Position numbers and translations under genes: made by a program. The notes beneath the pieces were generated by a model. That model had not been told where the DNA came from, made no database searches, and worked only from the letters and a program-made list of their open reading frames with translations. 64,000 nucleotides of DNA, from positions 248,001 through 312,000 of the IMG/VR virus record IMGVR_UViG_3300042502_001233; one strand, 5' to 3'. This document shows, piece after piece, positions 22,502-34,826 of the stretch; position 1 is the stretch's first letter; each line of letters starts with the position of its first letter.

Positions 22502-22537
22502 AATAAAAAAGGGTAGCTAAACGCTACCCTTATTTGA

Positions 22538-22771
22538 TTAGTCCCAAGCGTTTTGTAGCTTTTTGGTTACTGGGTTCAACTCTTGTTGAACGTACTTGAT
22601 AACGTTAGGTGATTCGATAGCGATTGTTCCATGCTCTCCGTGCAAAACTTGGCTGTTTTTTCCAGCTTTGATTTTAAGAATGTTCTCATCGATTTTCTCA
22701 ACTTCTACAACGTTAGTCATTGTGTGCGTGTTTGTGCTAGGTTCTAGCACGATAGTCTTCTGATTTCCCAT
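22538..22771 (-). CDS. His-motif (H.EH) hypothetical protein lying within the array
   Basis: THTM...HGEHG...QQELNP; own promoter and downstream hairpin (22505-22532). Confidence 0.65.
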   Translation of the reverse strand: MGNQKTIVLEPSTNTHTMTNVVEVEKIDENILKIKAGKNSQVLHGEHGTIAIESPNVIKYVQQELNPVTKKLQNAWD

Positions 22772-22844
22772 GTTTTTTTATTTTTAAATGGTTTGTTATA
22801 ATTACAGTACAAATATACTACTTAATTTTTAATTGTGCAAATTT

Positions 22845-23404
22845 TTATCGACAAAAATAAAATTTATTACTTGGTAATTCTTTAAATGAGCGAGTTACTT
22901 CAGTATACCCATATGCTACTCCGTTAACATAGTGTGAAGTTTCCCATGGTCGCCCATCAACCCGATAGTCTTGAAATGGACCGTGTAGTTCTCCTTTTTC
23001 GTTTCTTGGTGATTTATCTCGCATAGTATTCCTCACTTTCTATATTGTTGGATTTGTTTCTCCAAATAAAATAACCGTATCCATCATCATTAAAATAATG
23101 ACCTATACAGAAAGCAACACCGTTGGACCAATAATCTTCCCAACGTCCGTGACGTTGGTATTTATCGTTAAGTGGTTTTTTATCTTGCATAATACTCTTT
23201 TACATAAAATGATTCACCATCTTCCTCATTTTCATAATATATGGAATAACCATATTCAACACCGTTAATGTTGTGGTCCATAAACCATATAGTACCATTA
23301 CCTAAATAACATATCCATTGACCATGTGGTTGTCCTTGTTCGTTACGTGGCTCTTGATTAACTGGCATAATAACTTTTATTTGTCGTTTTGTTTTATCAT
23401 ACAT
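22845..23404 (-). CDS. Three further YAR-array units (22845-23024, 23014-23190, 23180-23404)
   Basis: 23014-23190 translated by hand: MQDKKPLNDKYQRHGRW...EYYAR. Confidence 0.75.
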
Positions 23405-23464
23405 TAGTAAAAAAAATCACACACCTATTACGAGCGTGTGGTTTTTCGTGGGAATAAAAATGTG

Positions 23465-24238
23465 TTATGATTGTGCTACCAACAAACCAAAGTATTGTTC
23501 TTTGGTAAGAGACACCATTTCTCCTTCTGGTTTAACATCTTCGTCCATTTCAGTAAGCAAGATGTCGCCTTGGCGTTTCAATGCTTTGATATAAGGGATA
23601 ATGTTTTTGTGAACAACAAACGTTGATGCAATCGCTGTAAGTGGGTCGTCTTTGTATTGGTCGTCAATCCATAACCAATGTTCTTTGTTGGTTGACGTAC
23701 ACCAGCATTTTACTGCGTATAGTGATTCTTCAAGACCTAACTTCTTGCCTTCTATTTCGTGAGTTTCGTAGATGTTGTCATATTCTTCAACGCCAGTGAA
23801 ATTACCCTCAGCATCATATTGTCTATGATTAACTTTGACACCATCAGTTTTGATTCTTTTGGCACCCAACTCGTTAATCATTTGAGGGATATCAATTGAC
23901 GAGAACACCAATGCTTGGAACTCTCTACCCTCTAACTCAAACGATTCTTTGAATGTAAACGGTTCTACTGTGTCGTACATTTCAGCAAGACTGTCGAAGA
24001 ATTTTACAGTTTTGTCGTAATCGATTTCTGATACTTCTTTAAGCCCAGCGATTTGATGTTCTGGGTATCCGTTAAGGAAAATGTTTTTCTTTACGTTGAT
24101 GAAACGATTCATAAATCGCTCATAGTTTGTATGAACACCTTTAAGGTATTTTACCAATTCAGTTGGGGTACAACCTACCATTTGTTCTGTGTCAGTTTCG
24201 AAGTAGACACCATTGAATGCTGTGAAAATGATTTTCAT
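23465..24238 (-). CDS. Hypothetical protein with C.ST...W...A.A.TF...RQGD motif (DUF6745-like)
   Basis: Motif recall only. Confidence 0.5.
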   Translation of the reverse strand: MKIIFTAFNGVYFETDTEQMVGCTPTELVKYLKGVHTNYERFMNRFINVKKNIFLNGYPEHQIAGLKEVSEIDYDKTVKFFDSLAEMYDTVEPFTFKESFELEGREFQALVFSSIDIPQMINELGAKRIKTDGVKVNHRQYDAEGNFTGVEEYDNIYETHEIEGKKLGLEESLYAVKCWCTSTNKEHWLWIDDQYKDDPLTAIASTFVVHKNIIPYIKALKRQGDILLTEMDEDVKPEGEMVSLTKEQYFGLLVAQS

Positions 24239-24313
24239 ATGTTATTGTTATTTAATTACAGTGCAAATATACTATATTGTTTTTATACTTGCAAATATTT
24301 TTTGATTTTTTTT

Positions 24314-27300
24314 TTATTCTATGGTTATTTGTGTTTTGTCACTGTATTGGTGTGCATCATAACCATCGATTCCGTTTTGTTCAAAATCAGCATCGTTAAG
24401 CCAATAAACATGTCCATTGTCTTTAACACATTTTACTATGTGTCTGGAACCTGAGTTCCATATGGTGTAGTTTCCTTTGGGTAGTTTTTCAACCAACCCC
24501 ATATCATTTTTGTCTTTTGGACCATTGCAATTTACCATCCCTATTATCATACCTAACGAGAATAAGAATACGATTGCAAATGTTTTAAGTTCTTTCATAG
24601 TTATTCGATTATTGTTTTACCACAGCTCATACATGTTCCGTGTGGTTTGTTATATATTCTTTGGCGACAAACTCATGGTCACATGGTTGTTCTTCTAGTA
24701 TTTCACCACGTTCGATTTCTTCTTTTCGATTTAACAAATCAATTTTTTCCATGACTTTGCTTGTGACAAATTTCTTTGTGAATGTTGGTGATTCAATATC
24801 GATTGATAATTTGAATATTTCATCAAATTCAAAATATTCAATGGTTGGTCCCCACAACAAGTATTTTTTTTTAGTTTTAATTATAGGTGTTGAATTGTAG
24901 AAAATTGTTTCTTCCCATCCGCTAACGTCGTGGTCACCTGAATAACGATTAATTTCGTATAGATATTCTCTACCTTTTATTGTTATTTTTTTCATGGTTT
25001 TTGTGCTATTATTACATTTTCTATTCTTACTTTGAGTCTTTCAGCATCTCGTTTGTTCCCGATGATAACACCGTTTACTATTGAAAACGCGTGACCGCTT
25101 ACGATAACCAAGTATCTACCAATTGGTCGTTGTTTTAGAAACATACCAACAGTTATCTTGTAGTTCTTATCATCTTTGTTATCATATAAACCTATACGAC
25201 TTTTTGAACCCTTGTAGGTTAGGTCCCAATGAGGGATATAATCTATTTCATATTCGCCAATCTTATACCCAGCTTTATTTAGGTCTAGAAATATTGGATA
25301 AACGGACATAGTTCCACGTTGTGGTTTTCTTTTGAATTTATCGGCAGCTATAGCATGCGCATCATCATAAGGTACCCCAAACGTTTCTGTAATGGCTCTC
25401 ACCACGCAGTCGTTTCTTTCTCTACCAGATTTTTTGCTATCTTTGTAGCTTTTTGGCCATGTTGTTGATTTGACTTCCATATAAATTTATTTTACCAATC
25501 GTAGCCTTCGTATGTTATGCCGACCTTTCTTAGCTTGTGTTTAAGCCTTGAAGGCAAATTTTTCATTCGTATCATACCACCTAGTCTATTTTCCCATAAC
25601 AGCGGCCATTCTTTTTTGGTTGTTGTGGTAAATGCCTCAGCAACTTTTCTACACCCAAGACACTCAAACCCTTCTGGGGCTAGTATTCTGTTTGTAATTA
25701 ACCTATTGGTAGTTGGGTTGTAGTAGCAATATGTATGTGTTGTTCTACCCATACTGACTAGTTATTTAATTCATCGAAAGTAGCCACACCATCTTTGATA
25801 GTTACAACTACTCTAAACCCAATACCTCTAACACCTTCTTCGGTTGTTAGTTCATAGGTCTTACCTTTGTAATTTATTTCAATTACATAACCACCCCAAA
25901 GTCCTTGATACGAACCATCAGGAAGTGTTGTTACTTGTGGTACTTTCTCTTTGATTGATAAAATTTTATTTGACATAAGTTTATTTGTTAAAGTATTTTT
26001 AAATTTATTAAATATCCATAGCGCATTCATGGGTACAATAATCACAACAGTTACATAAGCTTTCGCTGTCATTATGTATATCCTCTGCGTAAGGACATGT
26101 GTGTAATTCGTTATAATCACCGCAAGTACATTTTGTGTTTTCTGTCATATTTAGTTTTATTTTTACCTAGTAACTTTTTTCTTGTTTTTTATTATTGGTT
26201 TTGGTTTCTCTTTTGGTTTCTCTATGATGCTGTCTTTCCATTCAACCATTTCATAGTAAAAGTCCAGAGCTATTAATTTATTTTTTCTGGTTACTACCAA
26301 CGTACCAGTAACTTTGGCTTTACTTATGTTGAGAACCAATTTCTTGGTTGACATTTTCTTGTTTAAATATCGTCTGACGATTGTATCACATACTTCGATA
26401 CGTATAGTTCCTTTGGCTTTGTGATTGGAAAATATAAGTGTGGAATCTACAATCTTACCAGTTCCAACGATACCTTCGTAGCCACGTTCATAATATTCAA
26501 CCGTCTGACCGAACGCCAGTGTTGATAACAGAAGAAATATAATCGTTAGTTTCATTACGTTATCATTAATTTTTTAAGTTCTTTAGGTGTTTTAAAATCT
26601 TGTATATCACCAACTTTACATTTGATGTAAGGGTTATACAGCCAATTTTCTTTAACAGATAACACACCAGTTTTGTTTATCTTGTTAGCGTAATATGTAA
26701 TAGAAGAAAAATCTTTATTCGTTATTTTTTTACTACTATTGAAACTAAAATACATATCTGGGAAACTATGGTTAAATGATAGTTTTTCTCTTTCAAAAAA
26801 AGAATAGCTAACGTTTTTAATAACATAAAAGTCGTTATGTGTTGTTTTGATAATATCACCAACTTTATATCCTTTACTACCAATAAAATCATTTAAAACT
26901 TTATCAAATTTCTCACCGTATTCATGTACGATTGGTTGAATTGCTGATTGAAATTCTGATTTTAAAACTTCAAGTTTGTTAGCATATTTAGTTTTAGGGT
27001 TATCAAACACTGTTACTGCGTCTTTGAGCATCTTTAAATTATTTGCTTTGTACCAATCATCATGGTCTTTTTCATCATAACCTTCCAATATTGTATCATA
27101 ATCAATATCGTTTAAATTATGTGTAATGTAATAGGTTCTACTGAAACCGCCAGTACCTACTATTTCGTTTACCTCGAAATCTTCTAAATTTTCTCTTTTT
27201 GATATGTTATAATAATCCGTTGTTGAACGAACACTATCACCACCCACAAAAAAATACTGTTTAGTTACTTCTAATTCTTCCATTTCAATAATTTTTGCAA

Positions 27301-30300
27301 TGGCGGCATCGTATATCTCAGTCCATGGTATTCCATTGGAATATTTAGGTAATATCACTATAAACGTATAAGGAACATATCTATACGTAAACTTATACAC
27401 TTCTGGAAACATATTAGGGTTTCCGTCAGAAATATCTATTGTAAAATCAACTTTGGTTTCTGATTTAATATTGGTAATTATAGTTGAAATAAATTCAGCA
27501 ATTTCATCTTCGGTTTTTGAAAACATAATTTTAATATTTTAATAAGTTATTTGCAAATATATAACAAAGATTTTATACTACCAAATAATTCTGAAAATAG
27601 TTATCCAAAAAAGTATGCAGAACAAATGAAATGGGTATTTGTAAGTTTCATACATTTTATCCACATATGGTTTTACCTCAGCCCATAGCTTTTCTTCGCT
27701 ATCAACCTCTTCTAATTTGAACTCGTCGTTGTCTTTTATTAGTCTGTAAGTCACATAGAATTGATACGCCAACAAAATTGGTAATATTGGTAGGTTATAT
27801 ACAAAAGATATTATTCTCATAACTTTTTTATAAATTAGGAAACTCTAATAGAAAATTAACACTATTAAAATCGTTAAGCGTAATTAACTTTGTTACCGTT
27901 GACGAATCTTGTTTGATAACGATGTGTTGAAAACGTTCGTATACTTTGTAATCAACAGCTTCGAACTCATGGATAAACCACCCATGGTCTTGTAGCTTTT
28001 GGATATCGTCTTTTGTGAACCATCGAAATAGTTGTTCAAGGCTTTCAGTAGCTGATAACCACCCAACAATCTCTGGGTCGAAATCCATTTCCAATTCATT
28101 ATTTGCACAGAAGTTAAAATCGTTGTGGATTAACCCAGTGAATTGACCTTGGTAATCGTACCAAAGTCCTTGTAACGTGTCTTTGTGACACACTCTGTAA
28201 AATGTTCTTTTCATAATTAATCGATTTCGACATATTGTAACTGATAAGAACACCCAAAGATGACATCTTGTATCAACACAAGTCTAAGTTCTAATTTTTT
28301 CATACCGTTTCTAGTTAGTTTATAATATGCTGACGCATCGTAAGCCATCGACTCACCACCCATCAATGCTAATGGTTTATTGCTGTTCATTTGTTTTTTT
28401 TGGTAAAGTTATATCCATAATCAATCTAGCTCGTTCTGATTCTTTTCTAGCAACACATAACTCACAGTCAACGTAATGTTCAACATTTTCTGAACTATTA
28501 TTATAATCAATCACCAAGTATTCATGTTGGTCAGAACCCAACACAATACCTTCTTCAAAATTATTTAAACCCTCAGCGTATAACTTGAATGGTTTAGGGT
28601 ATTTGGGTTTGATTGTATCACCCTTAAGTTGTTTATATTCTTCTTTTGATATCTCTACTGTGTCTGAATTTTCAACACAAGACGCTAACGTAAACATCGC
28701 AATAATAAGTAATAATATTTTTTTCATGTTATCTAACTTTTGTTATTAAATTAAAGTACAAATATACTAATTATTTTTATGTTATCAACTTTTTTTAACT
28801 TTTTTTTATTTGTACTGTCGGTTCACTATCGTCACCAATAGCGTAAATAAGTTTATACGTTTCACCATCAATGTTATATTGCTCTTCATAAAGGTGTAAA
28901 CTATTGGCGGAATGAATTGGTTCCATCTTTTTGGCTTCATTTAATACAATCTCAATCATTGATTGCTCTTCGATATCTTCCCATTTTTCAAACCATTTAT
29001 CCAAAAATGACAAGTCAGGTTTGGTTTCAACAATTTCTTCTGGGTCCAACTCAGAACCTTCTTCGTAGGTTATTGGTGCAAATTTTTGTTGGAACTCACG
29101 TTCATAATCGTGTAGCGCTTTAAGAGCAGTGCCACTGTTTCTCCAATCTTCTGGAAAAGGTTTAGATTTTGAACCAAAGGTTACTATTTGTTGTGCAATA
29201 ACTTTACCTGAATTGCTTCTTATTGTGAATTTAAAATCTTTCTTAGACATATTCAAAACTTTTCTTTAATTTTCTTTTTGGTGTTGCTGTCCAATATGTG
29301 TTTTCAAAATCAATCACGATTTCTGGGTTATGTTCAAACCCAGTTTCATAGTTGTTCGCGAACCATATATTGTATTGTTCTCTGTATGATAACGTCACAC
29401 AACAGTCTTGACCCCACTTTTTGTAGAACTCATCGTTTAGAGTTAGCATTTCTACAAACTCTTCTCTGGTGTAGTTCTCTGGGTGATACCATTCGTTGTG
29501 TTCGTTCTTAACGTTTTTACACCACTTGCCTGACGAATCAAACTTAACTGTTCTAAGATAAGCATGATATAAATCATCTAGGGTTTTAGGTATGATTACC
29601 TCAGTTTCTGTTTTAGGTTTAACCTTTTTGCGTTCGTCCGCGATATATTCTTCGGCATCAAAAATTGTTTTAAATATTTTGTTCTCCGCAAAGGTTCCAG
29701 CTATGGAGCCATAATAATCTTGTACCGTTCTCCAATAACGGAAAAACCATAAAAACTTGGCTTCGTATTCAACTAAGTAGTGACTATGTGAAAACTTACC
29801 GTATTCATCGTAGTGGTCAACCTTTTTAATTCTAGCTTTTTCTAAATTCATAATATTTTTTCTAGCACAAACGCACCAAGTTAATGGTGCGCTTATGGTT
29901 AAAGAAGATTATTCATCATCTTCGTCTTCTTGAGTTTCTTCAACGTCAGTAGTTGCGTTAGCCGCATCGGTCAAGGCACCGTAGTACTCTTTCTCTAGGT
30001 CGTCTAAACCACTGATTTGTTTGAACAACTTAACAGCTGCTTCGTTAAACTCTTTCATTTTTGTTGTTTCCAATTGAGCCAATTCTTTTTTCTTAGCATC
30101 AAGAGAACGTTGCATCTCGATACGGTTTTTAAGAAGAGTTTTCAAAGCTTCTTTCGTTGCTTTCTCAACAGATTCAGTTTCTTCCTTGAACAACTCTGTA
30201 ACGATGTCACCTAACGTGTCTTTCTTTACTGTTGTTACTTGTCTCAAATTATTTTCACCACCAACGATAGCTACTAATTTTTTGAGGTTCTTTTCGTAGG

Positions 30301-32416
30301 CTTTTTGGACTTTTTGATTGTCATTCCCACCTTGTTTTTCTTCACTCATATGATTAAAATTTAATATTTCTTATGTCGTCAAAGTTTATATCGGACAACG
30401 ACTCAATAGGTTTAGGTTGATTTGTCTCAATAAATTTTTCTAATTCAAGCGTTTTGTTGAACGCTTCAAAATCAAACGTTTCTAGATACTTAGCAAGATA
30501 AGTCATAGAAGGTACGTATCTATAATACCTAGTCAAATCAGATAAACTTATCTTTATGATTTTACAACCATCAATTGTGCATAACGGTGAGTAATCTGAA
30601 ACCTTAAAACCATTCTTGATGTCGAATTCTTTACGTATAAACTTAGTCATATAAGAATTTACCAAAGAAATAATATCATCGTAGGTTGTGATTTTGTGTT
30701 TGTTAGCTTTCCATGATTCCAACACTCTGTTGCACTCACGTACCGTATTCTCAACGATATGTTTACATTTTACTTTTTGGGCGTCAGACCCATATACAAC
30801 TGCATCCATAATTTATTGTTTTTTCTTTCTTTCTTCGTCTTCTCTGTCATGTTCTATACCCAGAACATGCATTAATAATTCAAAAACACCAATGATAACC
30901 ATCATTATCATGGCACCTATCAAGATAATAACCTCTGGGGCTATTAACAATAGCACTAATAATATAACTAACCAAATCATCTTTATTTAGTTTTTTGTAT
31001 CACAAAACAAAATTTACCAGTTACACTGTTAGCGCTGTAAGTGTTTCCACCAGCATAACCAGCCACATGTTGTGCAGTTACTGATACTATTGACCAACCT
31101 TTTTCCAACCAATCATTAATGGTTTTCTCTGATTCTGTAATTATTACTTTTTGTTCCATAGTTATTTGTTTTTAATTATTTCGTAGTGACCACAAACTGT
31201 AATTTCTCGACCATAAGCGTCTATGAACACTATACAGTTATAGTCAAGAACTTCATACTTATTAGTACTATACCCTTGATTATCAGATACAATTCTATAT
31301 TTATGTGTTGGCATCGACCTTAATGTAGTATATATCATACCGAGTGCACAACATACCAAAAACGCTGCTAATAGTTTTAAACTTATTTGTTTCATGATTA
31401 ATTTTTTTTAACGTGTATGGTTGCTAATCGGTCAATGTATCTTCGACAGTTGCCGAAATCTATAATGATAAACTCACTAAAGAAAGATATCACTACACCA
31501 ACTTTTGAACCTTCTTCTCTAAAATTTACTTTTACGGTATCACCTTCTCTCGGAAATGTTTCTGTCCACATATAAATTATTTTTACAAATATACAATTAA
31601 TTTTTTAATTCTGCAACTTTTTATTAGGGCATAACCCAAAATAATTTTCCTTGGTCCCAACATACTGGTATGTTAGATAGAGGTTGTTCTATAGGAACTT
31701 TATATATCACCACGATACCATTATCAGTTTGCATGGTTACCGTTCTGGTGTGTTTACGTGTTGGTTCTGCATACAACACTTCTCCGTTGATTCGAATTGA
31801 TTCTTTGCAAATGTTCTGGTTAGATTTACAAGACATTACAATTACGCCCAACATAACTAAAATAAACTTATTCATTGGTAATTTCATTAGCGGTTAAAAA
31901 ATCTTTATCAACTTCTTTCCAATTATCTCTAATCCATTTGGCCACATGAATAAAACCAGCTTTGGCTTTGGTGAACTGTTCATCGGTAAGACTACCTTTC
32001 TCTGACACAATACCAAAAGCAAATCTTAGACCATTGCTTAGCATGGCTTCATCACTAAAGTTAAGTGTTTTGATTACTGGTATGTTGTCAGGGTCTGGAA
32101 TACCACCAAACTCTTGTAGTGCTGCCTTGGCGTGGTCGTTTAATTTTTTGAACATCTCTTGTCCTTTTATCTTATCAGCCACTTCTTCTAATTTGTCGCT
32201 TTGTACCACAATAGCCATTGGTTCAAATTCACCACCATTGTGTAAGTTAGGACAATCTTTGATATTGAACCAACCCATTTTGTTTTCCCTAGCGTATTGA
32301 GTACAATTTGGGTGTAACATAATTTGTTCATAATGTTGTTCATCTGCATCCTCTACTTTGTAACGTACTTCCCAAGTCCCCTTGTTGAAGATGTACTGTC
32401 CGTTTACTTTGTTCAT
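24314..32416 (-). CDS. Block of ~18 hypothetical genes, several membrane or lipoproteins; 24992 has DCVVRAI...GHA (papain-like Cys/His pattern)
   Basis: ORF track; signal peptides and lipoboxes in 24314, 26163, 28377, 31624. Confidence 0.65.
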
Positions 32417-32468
32417 GTTTATGTTATTAATTTATGCAAATATACTAAATAAAAATAATATAACGAAA

Positions 32469-33275
32469 TTAAATCGGTAAATTAATTTTACTTAAAATTT
32501 GATTTGATACGTGTGTATATATTTCAGTGGTTTTTACGTTAGCATGACCTAAACATTTTTGTATAATTCTTAAATCAGTACCAGCTTCCAACAGAGCGGT
32601 GGCTTGTGAATGTCTTAACAAATGAAAATGATATTCTTCACCAATATATTTTTTAACTATTTCATTACAACTTCTATGAGAATATTGTAAATTGTTACCT
32701 TGACCATTAAACAAATATTCTTTAGGTTTATACACTTTAAAATATTCACGCAAAAGATTTAAAACAATTGGTGACAAGGGAACGAATCTATCTTTTCTTC
32801 CTTTACTGTTTTTAATGTGTATTAACATTCGTTTACTATCAATATCTTCAATTTTTAAATTACACAATTCAGAAACTCGCATTCCTGTTGAATACGCTAA
32901 TGTAAGTATAGCTTTGTGTTTAATGTTTTCGATTTTAGATAATTTTTCGAGCAGAAACTCCTTTTCGATTATTTTTGGTAATTTTTTCTCTTTTCGTGGT
33001 CTTTTAAACGAAACCTTATCGTATTTTCTTTCTAATCCGTATTTATATAAAAACCTTATTGCGTTTATAACTTGATTTTGTTGTGAAACAGACGTGAATT
33101 TGTAATTATCTAAGTAATTCTGAAAATCTTTAGAATTTAAGTGAGCGACTTGTTTGTCCCCTACATTTTTAATGAAAGAGATAATGTGATACATATAATT
33201 TTCTTTTGTTCGTGGCGAGTAGTTAAGATATATAAACTTTTGTTCACAAATCTTTATAATTTTTTCGTTTAACAT
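32469..33275 (-). CDS. Integron-integrase-like tyrosine recombinase (short form, no IntI insertion)
   Basis: SQQNQVINAIRFLY, RPRKEKKLP, GMRVSE, KGRKDR, HLLRHS, LGH, TTEIYTHV; likely start MLNEK at 33275. Confidence 0.9.
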   Translation of the reverse strand: MLNEKIIKICEQKFIYLNYSPRTKENYMYHIISFIKNVGDKQVAHLNSKDFQNYLDNYKFTSVSQQNQVINAIRFLYKYGLERKYDKVSFKRPRKEKKLPKIIEKEFLLEKLSKIENIKHKAILTLAYSTGMRVSELCNLKIEDIDSKRMLIHIKNSKGRKDRFVPLSPIVLNLLREYFKVYKPKEYLFNGQGNNLQYSHRSCNEIVKKYIGEEYHFHLLRHSQATALLEAGTDLRIIQKCLGHANVKTTEIYTHVSNQILSKINLPI

Positions 33276-33294
33276 ACTGATTTTATTAATGGTT

Positions 33295-33325
33295 TGAGAT
33301 GTTTTTACATATATTATAGTTAGCA
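33295..33325 (+). other. Candidate attI-like site (crossover G|TT at 33319)
   Basis: First cassette starts GTTAGCACC just upstream of the integrase, with no attC hairpin to its left. Confidence 0.65.
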
Positions 33326-33331
33326 CCAATA

Positions 33332-33808
33332 CTACGATAGTGCTTCGATTTCAAGTATCATATCTTTATTTTTTACAGAAAAAACAAATTCACCTACATA
33401 TCCTGCGTCTTCTCCGTAAATAGCATCGCAACTATTCAATTCAGTTAGAAATTTGCTTGATAAGTCTTCTCCTAAAACATTTGAAAATAAATCAAGTTCT
33501 TCTTTGTAATTTGATGTAATTGCTATATCACCGATTACGAATAATCCTTGTTGTCTATTAAATCTATTTCCGTTTTTACCAGTTTTTTCACTATAAATTT
33601 TATTCCATTTATCTAATTTTAGAATATTATAATTTGTTGTATCTATGGTTATTTTATAACAATTATCACCGAATTTTTTAGCGTAATCTAAGTTAACCGC
33701 TAAATAATCAGCACCACTTCGGTTTTTATCATAAACACCATCAACACATTTATACACTGTGGTTTTACCAAAGTTTTTAACTTTATCTATTAATTCTCTT
33801 ATTTCCAT
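33332..33808 (-). CDS. Cassette 1 gene; possible ART-like fold
   Basis: VYK...YLAVNLDYAKKFG; the fold call is weak. Confidence 0.6.
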   Translation of the reverse strand: MEIRELIDKVKNFGKTTVYKCVDGVYDKNRSGADYLAVNLDYAKKFGDNCYKITIDTTNYNILKLDKWNKIYSEKTGKNGNRFNRQQGLFVIGDIAITSNYKEELDLFSNVLGEDLSSKFLTELNSCDAIYGEDAGYVGEFVFSVKNKDMILEIEALS

Positions 33809-33862
33809 ATTTTTACTTATAAATATTCCAAATTTAAAATTCTACCAAATAAACCGTAATGG

Positions 33863-33957
33863 TGCTAACAAGGTGTATAAGAAAGTTTGCTATCAAGTTC
33901 AGTGGTAAATTTGAAAGTTCCTATAAGCAAACCTTCTCATACACCCAATCGTTATAT
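33863..33957 (+). repeat. attC-like site 1 (family A)
   Basis: TAAC 33866, arms GGTGTATAAGAAAGTTTGCT / AGCAAACCTTCTCATACACC, GTT 33951. Confidence 0.9.
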
Positions 33958-33972
33958 TCAATATCAAAAATT

Positions 33973-34329
33973 TTATGGTTTTATAGAAATTGAATTAAAC
34001 CACTTGAGTTCAGATGTTAATTCATTCAACTTACCTTCGTATTTAACTATTTTATTTTCGTTCAATGGTTCGGATATTTTATAACCACCATCAATCTTTA
34101 TATGTTTAGTTTCTTTTTGATTTAGTTTGGAATGAATATTACCAATCCTCTCATTTATTGATTTAACATTCATATCAATAACCCATCTAACATCATCTAT
34201 ATTATGTTTAGATAATTCTTCAACAACTCCATTCCATTTAGTAATGAGTTTTGTTTCTAAATCAAAAACTAAACCACGTTGTCCGCCAAGACAACCATCT
34301 TCTTCAAACCATTCAATTTCTTTTTTCAT
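33973..34329 (-). CDS. Cassette 2 gene
   Basis: ORF fills the cassette. Confidence 0.75.
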   Translation of the reverse strand: MKKEIEWFEEDGCLGGQRGLVFDLETKLITKWNGVVEELSKHNIDDVRWVIDMNVKSINERIGNIHSKLNQKETKHIKIDGGYKISEPLNENKIVKYEGKLNELTSELKWFNSISIKP

Positions 34330-34352
34330 ATGTATAAATTTTTTGATACTAA

Positions 34353-34406
34353 ATATAACAAATGATAAACAACATTAAAACGATTGTTTATCATCAGACG
34401 TTAGTA
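34353..34406 (+). repeat. attC-like site 2 (short family B)
   Basis: TAAC 34356, ATGATAAACAA / TTGTTTATCAT, GTT 34400. Confidence 0.85.
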
Positions 34407-34435
34407 GCAAATTGTAAAACTTGCCACCGCACCAA

Positions 34436-34714
34436 TTACATATATTGTTCCTTTTTGAAATTTATGAATGATAGTTTTTCGTCAACACATTTCTCACAAA
34501 TTTGTGCAGTCCATTTCTGCGTATCTTTTCCGCTATGGTAGCCCCAATGTGTTTCTAACTTCATAAATTCAAAACTGTAATATGGCTCACCGTTATCAAC
34601 TCTAACATTATTATCTATTTCACCTTCATCAACCTTACAACTTTTGCCACAGCAATCACAAATCACATCTGTAATAACTTCGGTCTTTTTGTTTTGTGTT
34701 TCCTTTGTTTCCAT
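34436..34714 (-). CDS. Cassette 3 gene, Zn-finger (CDCC...CEKC)
   Basis: ORF track. Confidence 0.75.
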   Translation of the reverse strand: METKETQNKKTEVITDVICDCCGKSCKVDEGEIDNNVRVDNGEPYYSFEFMKLETHWGYHSGKDTQKWTAQICEKCVDEKLSFINFKKEQYM

Positions 34715-34765
34715 TTATATTTTAGTTTATCGTTTTCCTACGCTCAAAAAAGTTTTACAATCAGC

Positions 34766-34820
34766 TACTAACAGCGTATAAAAAACATTAAAACGATTTT
34801 TTATACGCAAACCGTTATAA
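34766..34820 (+). repeat. attC-like site 3 (family B)
   Basis: TAAC 34769, GCGTATAAAAAA / TTTTTTATACGC, same acattaaaacga loop as site 2, GTT 34814. Confidence 0.85.
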
Positions 34821-34826
34821 CCAATA

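Noticed and set aside
20937-23404. YAR array as a diversity-generating retroelement
   Set aside because: No reverse transcriptase in the window and no near-identical template/variable pair; divergence is not adenine-specific
32469-33275. Integrase as a prophage integrase
   Set aside because: IntI-like motifs and the adjacent cassette array explain it better; no host junction is visible in the window
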